Shown: positions 1 to 11,500 of the stretch, in pieces | Layout of the letters: every line of letters begins with the position of its first letter | Numbering within the stretch: the stretch's first letter is position 1 | Source of the DNA: Balanoglossus misakiensis | Taxonomy: Eukaryota > Animalia > Hemichordata | DNA length: 64,000 bases | Reading direction: 5' to 3' | Assembly: GCA_040954595.2 (NCBI GenBank) | Contig: CM082598.2 | Coordinates: forward strand, 5,967,097-6,031,096 | Notes under the pieces: model-generated | Databases searched by the model: none | What the model was told of the DNA's origin: nothing | The model's input: the letters and a program-made list of their open reading frames with translations, nothing else | Position numbers and translations under genes: made by a program

Positions 1-74
1 AGAAACGAGCACTTAATCCAAACTTGCAAACTGTTAAAAGCAAAAGTGACATAGTAAAACGGATATCAACTTAC

Positions 75-673
75 CTGTCAAATGCATCATTTGATAAAAG
101 GAATAGCATGATGCCGCTGCCCTTCTCAGCATCTTCGTCCACTGGCCACGGGGTCCTTGCTTAAGTTCCGCGGGGGTCTCCGACGGGTCGCAGAATGGCA
201 CATCACTCGGCCACCACTCCGGAGCGTTGTCCTGCTGGCCCCAGAGGGGGCGTGATCGGTTGACGGTCTTCCGGACGATGTCCGGCACTAGCTTACGTAG
301 CCCATCGTAAGCCATTACGCTTAGGGTACAACCCCATCGCGCGACACAGTCTGGAAGGCGTTTGGGGTTGTCACTGTCACTGGATGGTGTTGAGGCTGTT
401 GCTGTGGAAACCGGCGTCGTGTTACTGTTGGCGATGATGGTCGGCATGGATGCAGCGATCGATGTTTGCAGACCTTCGCTGCCGTGGACGATGAACTTTC
501 GCTCACCGGTCAAGCGATCTACAAAAGTTGTCACTACGGCGACCTCGAGGGACGTCTTCTTCGAAAACATGTCGACCTGGCTCGACAAAATTCTCCAGCT
601 GCTGGTCTGCTTCTTGTTAAGACTCTCCATTGCGATGCGTGTAGTACTCAGAATTACGATGTAATGACATGAA
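75..673 (-). CDS. Exon encoding a divergent NRF1/EWG/P3A2-type DNA-binding domain (gene continues off the window start)
   Basis: Translation LRKLVPDIVRKTVNRSRPLWGQQDNAPEWWPSDVPF...QWTKMLRRAAASCY parallels NRF1 LRAFIPEMLKYSTGRGKPGWGKESCKPIWWPEDIPW...SWTQALRTIVKNCY; N-terminal EVAVVT...KFIVHG parallels QAIVLC...VFKVFG. Acceptor ttctAG just upstream of 673, ATG (MESL) at 630, donor AG|GTAAG at 75/74. Confidence 0.8.
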
Positions 674-1904
674 CTAGAAAGTTTCCCATATTTATATAGA
701 TTGCAACAATGAAAGGTGACAAACATGATCTTGACCGCACTTTCGCGATTGCCGACAATGCCGCATACACATTCACACTTTCATAATCATAGAGGGTGAT
801 TGACACGATCGGCCCCTTTGACTCTATTAGGAGGTGGTATATCAGATGCACCGACCGTTTATTCCAAGTGCCGCTAACCAATTAATAATAATTATAAACT
901 TGTGAATGGGAGTGGTCGGTACCTTCGGATCATGCTTAGCGAAAGGCATCGGCAGTAGAGAGACCAAAATGATTGGCAGGAGGTTCATGGAGTTGGTTTA
1001 CCGCCTCAATTTACAACTACATGTACATTTGTATTTAGACCTAAAAAACTCATTCGATAACATCATGTGCGCAGGCAGCGAGGACATTTTTCTTTAATAC
1101 AAAATAGCCGATTGAAAAATAACGTGTTTTTAAATATCGAATTCACTGTTGAGGCAAAAGTCGGACGTACACGGCCAAAGACACAATTTCCGTACCTCAC
1201 CCATATTCTACTCATTTAAACCGATCTCACAGTCACCAAACACAGAAAGAATATCAGACACACCTATTCTCTCCCCCCCCCCTCCCCCCAAAACAACATT
1301 TTTTTTACGTTTTATTGAGACGGACCGAATGACTGTCACCACTCGTTCACTCCCGGGCATTCGCTCAAGAATAACACGTAACTGCACTCACGCTATAGAA
1401 ATACACACAACCGTCTTTCCAAATAAATATATCAATTTTATTTTGACATAAAAACGTTGGGCAAGTATACCGATCACGGTAGCGCGCGAGTAGTCAGATT
1501 CATCGCGCGATCATCCGATGAGCGCAGTGCGACCTTGACCATAGTTCAACCGATGACGTCAAAGGTCAGGTCATTCAAAAATGGCGATTGTCGCATCGTA
1601 TATACCCATTTCGCGTTCGTACGTAAGCTCAATCAGCTGCTAAAATCGACAAACCAAAGAGCCCCTAATTAAAGTCGATGTAAAATCAGACTTGGATATG
1701 ATCTAGTAGAAAGGAAAGGTCAGTATTTCACCAAACGAGAAATGACGCGGATCGTGTATTTTGTACATAGCTGCATACCGGTAACACAACATATCAAGTT
1801 TTCAAAACCCCTCGATCGATACGACTGGGAGCTCGGTATTAAGTATTCCCACATTTTATCATCGAATAGAATTTGTGCTTTTAGAAGCTGGCTTGTATTC
1901 AAGT

Positions 1905-2065
1905 GTAACTCGGAGTACGCAAGTCCGAGCACCGAGTGCAACTCGGTGTATACAAGTCCGAGTACAGCCACTACTCGGAGTGTACAAGTCCGAGTACTCG
2001 GACTTTGAAGTCCGACTCGGTCTTTGAACTCGGAGTATGCACTTTGAAGTACTCTTACATACCTC
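1905..2065. repeat. Subterminal array of about 10 direct/inverted ACTCGG/CCGAGT motifs including the palindrome GTCCGAGTACTCGGAC
   Basis: Directly visible, e.g. actcggagt, ccgagtgcaactcgg, gtccgagtactcggac. Confidence 0.8.
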
Positions 2066-4260
2066 AGCAGGTGGTGATTCTTGTTGTGCTGGCTGTTGGT
2101 CTGGAAATGCTGGCTTGGTCTCCTGCTCTGGTGTTACGGTGTCAGTGATGTATTTCTTGACGTGTGTGGTATTCCTAGAATATTGAACACCTCTCGGGGT
2201 CTCAACTATGATGCTATTCCCAGTTTTGTTGACAACAGTATACGGGTCCGGGTTAAATGGAGTTGACAATTTTTTTGTCTTCTGCTGTTCAACTAGAACT
2301 TTATCTCCAACTTGCACTTCAGAATATCGCGCATTCCTTCTTTCATCTGCATACATCTTTGCTTTTCCTTTCTGTTCGGCATCTCTGTCACGTACATCTA
2401 TGTCGTTGTGATGCTCTGCGTTGAATTCTGGCAATTTCTTGCGTCTGAATAGGAGTTCGGCTGGGCTTTTGCCTGTAGTAGCATGATCTATGCCTCTGTA
2501 TTTGGTCACGTATTTTCTCAGTTCTCGTTTCCAATCTAGCCCTTCGGCCTGAGCGATGCGGATTCTCTTCATCAATGATCTGTTCTGGCATTCTACTTCG
2601 CCGTTAGCTTGAGCCCACCTTGCTGTAACACTAAGGTGTGTGATGCTGTTGTGGTCACAATATTTCTGGAACTCTTCGGATCGGAACTGTTCACGTTCAG
2701 TCTGCGAGTATCTCCTCTCACAATTGGTGAGGCTACGGCTTGCATAACAAACTGGAACTAGCATTTTGTTCTGCTCCTGCACTAGCACTGCACCTAGTCC
2801 TACGGGACTGGCATCAGCAATCACTTTCGTCGGAGCGTTTTTGTCGAAGTAGGCTAGGGTTGTTGCTTTGGCTAAACTTGCCTTCAGCTCCGCAAATGCT
2901 GATTTCTGTTCTGGACCGAAATGGAATGGCACGTTCTTTCTGGTGATTCTCCTCAGCGGTTCTGAGATAGTTGCGAGGCCTGGTATAAATCGGCTACTGT
3001 AGCTAACCATGCCCATGAAGCTTCTGACTTCAGATACATCTCTCGGTTCTCTGGCCTCCAATACGGCTCTAACTCTGTCTTGGGTTGGTCCTATGCCCTT
3101 CTGTGACAGTAGTATTCCCATGAAAACAAGGTCATCCATGTTGAATTGACACTTTTCACGGTTCAGTGTTAGACCACAATCGCGTAATCAGGTTATGACT
3201 GCAAGTAAACTGCAAGTAAAATGTGTTTCCTGGTCACACCCATGTACTATCATCAGATATGTTTTCTACACCATCAATGCCTGCCAGGGGCTGTCGCAAT
3301 TTCGTGTTGATACAGTTCACTCGCTGAACTTACACCAAATAGCAAACGTTTGTAACGATACAGTCCGGCGTGTGTGGCGAATGTTGTGATCTCACGGGAT
3401 TCTGGCGTCAGCTCCAACTGGTGGTAACCCCACTTTAAGTCTAGTTTGCTGAACACTTTGGAACCGTTCATGTTCTGTAACAGCTCATCTACGGTAGGGA
3501 TAGGGTGTCTGCCGCGTATGATCGCTTTGTTTGCTCTGCGCATTTCGATGCATAGTCTAATGTCACCTGCGGATTTTGGCACTACAACGACTGGGTTGAC
3601 CCATGGTGTCGGCCCGTCTACTGGTTCAATAATGTCCAAATCCAGTAGCTCTTTTATTTTCGCCCCTACCTTTCCTCTCAATTTGAATGGTGTTCGCCTC
3701 AGGGGTTGTGCTACACGTTCTACGGAGGGGTCGATGTGAAGTTTTATTTGCTTTGTGTTGAGCTTGCCCACACCAGTAAAGACATCAGGGTACTGTCGCT
3801 GTAAGCGGTCAGCCATGTCTGTTACTGTTGCGATGTGTGCACCAATATCAATTTTCAGTACACCCAATTTTGTTGATGTGTCCTTGCCGAGTAAAGGTAT
3901 GCCTTTGCCTTTAATGACTAGGAATTCAGCATTGGTGATGTTTCTGCCCACCTTTACTTCACATGTGAAACTGCCCTTGACGGTTAGGGGTTGGTTTGAT
4001 CCATACGGGTACAGTTTTCGTCCGCATGTGTTGGCCTGTAATGCACATCTGATCTGCTGTCGCTTTAATTGCTCCCAGGTTGGCTCATCAATAATGTTGC
4101 CAGTTGCGCCTGAGTCTACCAACATTTTCAGGTTTACACCACCAACATGGACATCAAGTGTGTTTGAGTTCTTACCACTGTTGACAGTGAAGGCGTAATC
4201 GGGCGGTGCTGGGCTGTTTTGCGGCTCTTCGACCACATTGACTTCTGATTTGACCTTTGA
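2066..4260 (-). pseudogene. Gypsy pol (protease-RT-RNase H-integrase), frameshifted and internally deleted
   Basis: ORFs 3274-4236 and 1859-3139; frameshifts around the NISDD motif; RNase H ERRYSQTERE is fused directly to integrase QFRSEEF at about 2689/2690. Confidence 0.9.
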
Positions 4261-4269
4261 CCTGCATAC

Positions 4270-5030
4270 TTTGGCAAAGTAATTCTTACCGTCGCATTTC
4301 TAGCATGTCTGGCCTCTTGCTGGACATTTGGGATCGCGACCAAAGTGTCCTGTCAATCCACAGCGATAACAAGTTTTATCTCTTGCTGGTTTTGTATTTT
4401 TATCTTTCTCATGTTTCTTTGGTTTCTGTGTACGGCGTTTGCTTCTATCAGTAAGTCTGTTGACAGTTTCCCTGTCTTCTCTCTTTGCTGAAAGAGCAGC
4501 AATTTGTACCTCCACTTTCTCACACTGATCGGCTATTTGTAGGGTACGTGCTAAGGTCAATGCTTGGCCTTCTTCCAATAACTACAGGCGTACGTAATCT
4601 GACGAACATTTATTCAGCACTGCGTCTCTGATTTGATTGTCTTTATCACCTCCGAAGTTACAATCACTGGCAGCTTTACGTAGGCGGGTTACAACTTGAA
4701 GTACGGTCTCACCTTGCTTTTGTGTGGTTTGATGGAATGTCTGTCTGGCGAACGCAGGGTTGACTTGGGGCACAAAGTAGGTGTTTAGCGCTGTCACGGC
4801 TCTGTTATACTCTGTGACTGTTCCCGTATCTGACAAAGTTGTAAAAATGTCCTGTACGTCTGGACCGGCTAAATGCAACAACAAAGCTCTCCGCCTTTGT
4901 TTCGTGGAGTCGTCATTAATTATCAAACCTTTTCCATCGGCGTACAGTTCAAATGATGTCAGCCATCGCTCCCATCGTGGCCCCAGGGTTGACGGATTAG
5001 TATAGCAGTCAAATTTTGGAATCGGGCGCT
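4270..5030 (-). pseudogene. Gypsy gag (interrupted by stop codons)
   Basis: RWERWLTSFELYADGKG...RALLLHLAGPDVQ...QIRD...LTLARTL...CYRCGLTGH; split over ORFs 4582-4926 and 4300-4578. Confidence 0.85.
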
Positions 5031-5064
5031 GGTTTTTTAATCTTCCTTCAAGGATGTGGGTGAA

Positions 5065-5077
5065 ATACTCGTCGCTA
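5065..5077 (-). promoter_or_regulatory. Primer-binding site, tRNA-Ser(GCT)-like
   Basis: Minus strand TAGCGACGAGTAT, 1 nt after the LTR, resembles TGGCGACGAGGAT (complement of the tRNA-Ser GCT 3' end) with 2 mismatches. Confidence 0.65.
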
Positions 5078-5078
5078 G

Positions 5079-5316
5079 TGTTATGTACCGCTTCTCACGG
5101 TATATGTGTTTATATGTGTCAGTCGCTCTTACTTCGTAACTTAGAGGACACTCCGAATTGAATCATGAACACGAACAGGTATTTATTGCTTGCACACAAG
5201 GAGAACTACAACTACCAGAGAGAGTATCAGAACGAGGCTATATGTCCCATACTGCCATGCGTCTGGAATGTACCAAAGTCAATACAGGGGGATCAGAATA
5301 CATCTGATACACTACA
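5079..5316 (-). repeat. 5' LTR of the Gypsy element (238 bp)
   Basis: Minus strand begins TGTAGT (5316) and ends TAACA (5079); internal AATAAA; immediately followed by a PBS. Confidence 0.8.
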
Positions 5317-5494
5317 AATGCCATTAACTGTTGGTTAATATTATCCACAAGGGAGTTTATGCTGACAATTTGTTGTTTGTTTGATTGTTTGTTTGTCTGT
5401 TTGTTCATTCATTCGTTCATTTTAAGAAATTAACCTCATGTGACATTACAGTTTTATTGACATCCTCATCATGCTCCTCCTTCATTACTTACAG

Positions 5495-5593
5495 GATGGA
5501 GACACACCTTTGCACTTTGCAGCAGGGTATGGTGATGAAGGCCATGTCAGATTATTATTGGAACACGAAGCTGATGTGACCATACAAAACAAG
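5495..5593 (+). CDS. Ankyrin-repeat exon (99 nt, phase 0-0)
   Basis: acag|DGDTPLHFAAGYGDEGHVRLLLEHEADVTIQNK|gtaaat. Confidence 0.9.
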
Positions 5594-8500
5594 GTAAATA
5601 CCAACATCACTTCTGCAGGTTAATTCTATCAGTATGGAAAGATTTATTCATTTATTTGTTTGTTTGTTTAGGAATCCTCACAGTATGTTTCAAATATTAT
5701 GTACATTGTTCTCATGCTCCTCCGCCATTAAGGCTGCCGCACACGAGAGAAATCAGCTGAGCAAAAAGTCATTCGAGGAATTTTGCTCAGCAATTTTCCT
5801 TCCGTGTGCGGGCGATTTTTCCTGATATTTTTACTTTTGTGTCGCGGATCACGATATTCAACATGTTTGATATTTTTTTCCTCACATGGAAAATTACTCA
5901 CTGTGTGCGCTGAACAAAGAAATTTTATCTAGCCTAATTGCGCATGCGCCGGCATCACTTGACGAGGATACCAACCTGACTTCTGCAGATTAATGCTATT
6001 AGTATAGAAACATTTATTTATTTGTTTGTTTGTTTGTTTGTTTGTTTAGGAATCCTCACAGTATGTTTAAAATGTTATGACATTTTTCTCATGCTCCTCC
6101 TCCTTACATACAGAAATACTCACCAGTACGGTGTTGGCAAGAAATTAAGTTACTCACAATGAAAATGCTTCATAATAATGGATGACCACAGACAAGTTCT
6201 CTACCTCTGATAATGATAACAGTAATTTAGGCACTCTATGCAAGTCAAAACACAGTATTTCACTCAAACAAACACTTTCTGAACATTAATGATCATCAAA
6301 GTCATCTCTAGTCATTAGTCTAAACAAAGCTTTCCCATCCATGTAAATGTTATGGTCTCATGCAGATCTATAGAATTTGATCCAAATCAGTTTTTCCCTC
6401 AAAACTGTCAAGATAAATAAAGGCACAATCTAATGTCTGTATTTTTCTTTGTAACAGACCTGATGAGAGACAGACATTGTAAAAATTATAAATTCCATGA
6501 AAAGAGATCATTGTTTAAAATCAAATATTCACCCAACCTCTGGACTAAAATCATGAGGGTATCTATCAAATACATTAGTCTGGCTATTTTGCCTTCTATG
6601 GTTTGCAGCTTTTGAAATTGTTCGTCGTTATGAGGAAATTTATCTGTTATCTCTAAACAAAGTCAAATTGAACATTCTGACATGGTGGACCTAATACACA
6701 CAATGCATTCATTTAATTCAACTCTATCATTTAAAGCTACATTGACGTGGAGACATCCAACTAAAAAAAATTGCGTCAAGGACACGGTGGTCCCATTTAG
6801 GGATTACACAGAAAGAGTCTACACCGGAGTACATATACAGACAGACACACACACATAGAGAGATCAATAGTCAAACACTGACTGACATAAGCTGCCAATG
6901 GCATGTGAAATGTACATAGACCAAGTAGAACAGCTGGTCTCTTTAGCAGTTAGCCAGTTATGTAAACATGTAGGAATGTGATGTGTATACAAATATAAGA
7001 GGGGTGCCTTCCGTATTACAAAGAACTATGTACTGGTAATTGTTCTTCTTGAGATAAAAATTTTTGTGGTATGAGACAAAATATCCTACAAAATATAATA
7101 AAAGTTCCAAATTACCTATGATTTGATTCCATAATATTTCTAAAGAAACCAATCCCATTAACTTACAACCCGAATTTTAAAGTAATCAGCCATACAGAAT
7201 ACACTTTCTGAGAAATATAATTTTTTTATCAAAATTGGAAAATATGCTCCCAAAACACAAGATATTGCCCCCACAAAACATTGACACTTTAATCATATGT
7301 TTTGTAAATGATCATGAGAACTCACCCAGGAACCTTCAAATCAAAATTCAAAGCAATGGGGGTAGAGGGTTCTGAGAAAGAGTTTGACCAAAACTACACT
7401 AAATGTATTGAATTCTTCACGTTGATTTGAAAAACATACATGCAAATCTTACTTGAGGTACCGCAAGGAACATGCCTACCAAATTTCAAAGCAATCTGAC
7501 AAGCAGTTTTAGAGAAAAAATATTTGGTCAAAAAAGGCGAAAATGATAAATATACAAATTTTGCAACAATTTCAACAAAACTATGATAACTCAGATCACA
7601 GATATGAAGCTTCATACTAAATTTCAATTCTAGAAAAGTAGATTTTTTTACCAAAAATGTGAAAAAATGCATAAAGAATAGAAAATTCACACTATTAGCT
7701 CAAAACATATAGAACTGTGTGAGATTAACATAAGGTACATGCATACCAATTTTCAAATCAATATGACCAGTGGTTGTTGAGTTTCTGAGTTTTGACCGAT
7801 TTCTCGTTTTACCCAGCTAATTTGCATATTTTGGCAATGACAACTTCATTTGAACAAACTCCCATCTACAGCCCTTAATGCATCTGCACATCAAAAATTA
7901 AGGTTATACGTGCAGCAGTTTTCAAGTCATTGATGGACAAACAGACATACACACATCTATCCATACATGCAGACGCAACTGATTCCATAAGGTTCCATGG
8001 TATATATACATAACCAAATTGGACCTAATGATATAAGCACCCTAAATACTATTATGCACACCTTATCTTGTTGTACGTCTTACGCCATGTTGTCTGTTTT
8101 GTTTCATGGATAGGATGGCGACACAGCACTCCACATGGCAGCAATGTGCAAACTGCCTTGGATGGATTATGGAAAAATTGTGAAACTATTGTTGCAATAT
8201 GGAGCTGATATTGACTGCAAGAATAAGGTACAATCTTCCACTTTTTTATTCCATGACATTATAGACCTAAACCATGTGTTCTGATCAACACCCATTTGAT
8301 CAAGTAGTTAATCTTCATAATCTTTGAATTTGAAATGCACAATTTTATCAAAGTCTTGAAAATGCCTCAACACTATTTGTAATAACAAAGCACTGCTAAA
8401 GCAGTATGAGTTTGCACAATGGTCTCCTTTCTATTTTATTTTCTTGGTAAATTGTGGTGAGGATAGAATTTAACTACCGGTATTTACCATTGTCCTTTGA

Positions 8501-11500
8501 ATCAAAACTACTCCCCCTATCGAGTCAGGTGTTGTACAGTCAGCTGTTGACCCGTGACGGTCGATGCCAATCCTATCGGTGAAACTTTCTATCTCTGTTT
8601 TCAGCGATGTAGGGGGCATATTTCTGTCGGCCTCCAGCATCTGCCAACTCCTGTCTGTCACCTAATAATATAACAATTCACAATAAGGAGGGTTGTTTTT
8701 CATTGTTTATGCTCTATCTTATTTGGGTTTTAAATAATACTGTACTTTTGGTAAGAGTTTTTGATACAATGTGATGGAAAAGAGGAATCAGTGTTAATTT
8801 TCTTTAGGTGATTGTTGATTTTGTGAAAATAAGGTTTTTTGTTCACTATTAAACATGTTACTTGATGTGGTTATTTTTTTCATGAAAAATTTAAGACAAA
8901 ATTATCTTTAAATTACATTAGAATTTAATGAATTTTGATTTATGGTTATCTGTAACATTATTACTACTTTCATAAATATAAACTTCATAATTAATGTTTC
9001 AATTCTTTTTATCCCAAATAAATTAGACTGGAAAGACACCACTTGATGTCGCTGGAAAGGAGTCTAGTAAGGAGGTGCTGTCGGATTACGTTCAGGTGAG
9101 TGAAATATTTATATTACGATGAATTTTAATAATATACAACCTGAAGTGTGCTCATTCTGATTCATCTTGAATTAAAAGTGACCACATTTATATCGATATG
9201 ATAAAAATTATGACTTAATGTGTTGTCACTCTTATTGTACTCTCCAAACCCACAAATAAAATTGTATTTTGTGATTTATTTATTCCAGAAACGAAACGAG
9301 TACAATGTCCTGATGATGAAGGAATCAGGTATGGAATGTGACATTTTAAAGTTGTTCTTCGCTGGAGATGGTGGAGTTGGTAAGACTACATTATTGGAGT
9401 CACTTCAGAGGGTATGTTAATATTTTTTTTTTGATTTGCGTAAAAGGTCTAGTAGGCCATATTACAATAAATAAGGGTTGTTTGTGTGAAAGTTTGCAAT
9501 CTGGTTAAAATGATGGGCTAGAGTAAATTATTAATGAAAAACCCTTACTCACTGTCCTAAAATGTGATTTGTGAAGCAAAAGATGCCTGTCATGAAAAAA
9601 ACTGCATGTGAAGTAAAATTGTCGCAACTGATTCAAAACAAACGATTGGCAGAGTAAAAGCGCAATACTTCGCATACAAAATCTTTCGTGCACCAGCGAT
9701 ATTAAGAAAATATTTAGACAAACATTTGTAATCTCATCGCATATAAAGAAACTGCTGTAGATCAGAATGCCACAGGTGAATGTATCAATACGTGACACAG
9801 GATAATTAAAACATACGCTTGGTAGATGAAATTTTGTTGTATTTTGAAAATATATACTGGGCTTGAATTGTGAAAGTTCATAGCATTATTCCAAGCCTTT
9901 AAAGAGGGTGGGATTGAGGTTGTATTTCATTTGTTGTTTGTGTGTTTTGATTATCCATGGCCCCTGAAAAGGGAATATTGTAGTCACACATTTTACAGCT
10001 ATGATTTTGTATGTCCCAGTCATATTGGAAAAACTTTGCATGCATCTTTACTATTCTTTAGTTTAAATTAACTCTATTTAAATGTATTGTTTAAAGGGAC
10101 AATGTTTCTCTGGCTGACCTTTTTCCATTAATTATGTTTGATACAAGACACTGTTTATGTTATTCTACATGTGGATATATAGTGAATAAACATTCCACCA
10201 CACACAATTTCCATACCACTTGTAGAGATGAGGGTGAAAAACTCGCCAAATTGAACAATCGGTCTCTACCATTTATACATTTTGGCGAGATTTTTACTCT
10301 CATATCCTACAAACGGGATGGATGTTGTGTGTGGTCAAACGTTGATTCACTATGTATCCACATGTAGAATAACAAAAATTGTGTCTTGTATCAAACATAA
10401 TTAATGGAAAATGGGCTGCCAGAGAGACTTTGTCCCTTTAATTTAATTCCTCAGGTTAGCTAGTGCAGCTTAGACAATTTGATGAAATCTGATGCAGAGT
10501 CACAAGCAAATACATGTATGGTTATGCACAAAGACCAGAAAACTCAAAATAACTAGAATTTATTTTCTTTCACTCCCACTTATCAAAGATTAAAGAAACA
10601 ACCATGGAATCTGAAGAACGTGAACACATTCCCACACCTGGTATTGATGTCCAAAGTGTTCAAATTCCTGACGTAGGAAATGTCAGTGTTTGGGATTTTG
10701 CCGGCCAGGCTGAGTATTACGTCACTCATAACATGTTTCTAGGAGCACCCAATGCTGTCTCCATATTGGTGTTCAAAGCTACAGACGAGAATGGTAAACT
10801 CAACACTTTCGAAGGTGTGTTCCCACAGGTAAGAATCTTCACAGTAAAGTTAGACTGTATATCTGTATGTTTTGCATTGTTTATCACTTTCCAAGTTTTA
10901 TCTGTAGGAATGGAATATATTGCTGTTTGAGAAACTTTATTCTGTGTGCCACACTATCTTGGTCACCATTCATGGCTTTTTGATAGAGTTGCAGATATTT
11001 CTATAATTAGTCTCCTGTAGAACCAACATGCCATTTTTGTTCAATAATTATTTCACACTGTGAATCACAAACATAGCTCCACATATTACCTGAATCATGA
11101 GAAATATCATACTGGATTCAATTCATGACCTAGTTGACTCAAAATTACTGCTGTTCTTGATACAAATATTTTTATTTGTAGATTTTGTTTTGGTTGCGGT
11201 TTCTGAAAGGAACAACCCACATGGACAGGTATTCATTTGATAAGTCAGATGAAGGATATGAGAAACCAGTGGTGATATTGGTTGCAAGTCGAGCTGATAG
11301 GCTGAAGAAAGAATTCATGGCTCAAGGTTGGTGTAACTCATTACTAACAACTTAACCTCTTAACCTAACTTGCAATCCTACCATTGTAGCCTCAAAAAGC
11401 TTGGACCTAACCTGAGAAAGCTTAAACTAGTTTTGGCATTGATTGTATGACATATAAATGCATTATTTTGTCTCAATCAGCTAGTGGTCATTACAAGTGT

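Larger units (their letters stand above)
1..2065. mobile_element. Probable DNA transposon end (GAG terminus, Sola2-like) inserted into the Gypsy integrase; other end outside the window
   Basis: Gypsy coding stops abruptly at about 2065 (minus strand ...CCTGCT|GAGGTATGTAAGAG). The next 160 bp are a dense array of CCGAGT/ACTCGG motifs, typical of subterminal transposase-binding sites. Family assignment is inference. Confidence 0.5.
2066..5316 (-). mobile_element. Degenerate Ty3/Gypsy LTR retrotransposon (5' LTR, PBS, gag, PR-RT-RH-IN), 3' end truncated
   Basis: Gag with CCHC knuckle (CYRCGLTGHFGRDPKC), protease LVDSGATGN, RT motifs PWVNPVVVVPK / FSKLDLKWGYHQ / NISDD, RNase H ADASPVGLGAVL, integrase QANGEVE...TTGKSPAELL; domain order is Gypsy-type; several stops and frameshifts. 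Confidence 0.95.

Noticed and set aside
1859-2065. C-terminal extension of the integrase ORF
   Set aside because: It is read-through into the motif array of the inserted element, not retroelement coding sequence.
3446-4198. Plus-strand ORFs of 97-147 aa
   Set aside because: Antisense shadows of Gypsy pol.
5939-5949. NRF1 consensus site TGCGCATGCGC near the NRF1-like gene
   Set aside because: It is a single common palindrome inside an unrelated repeat fragment 5 kb away, with no evidence of a functional link.
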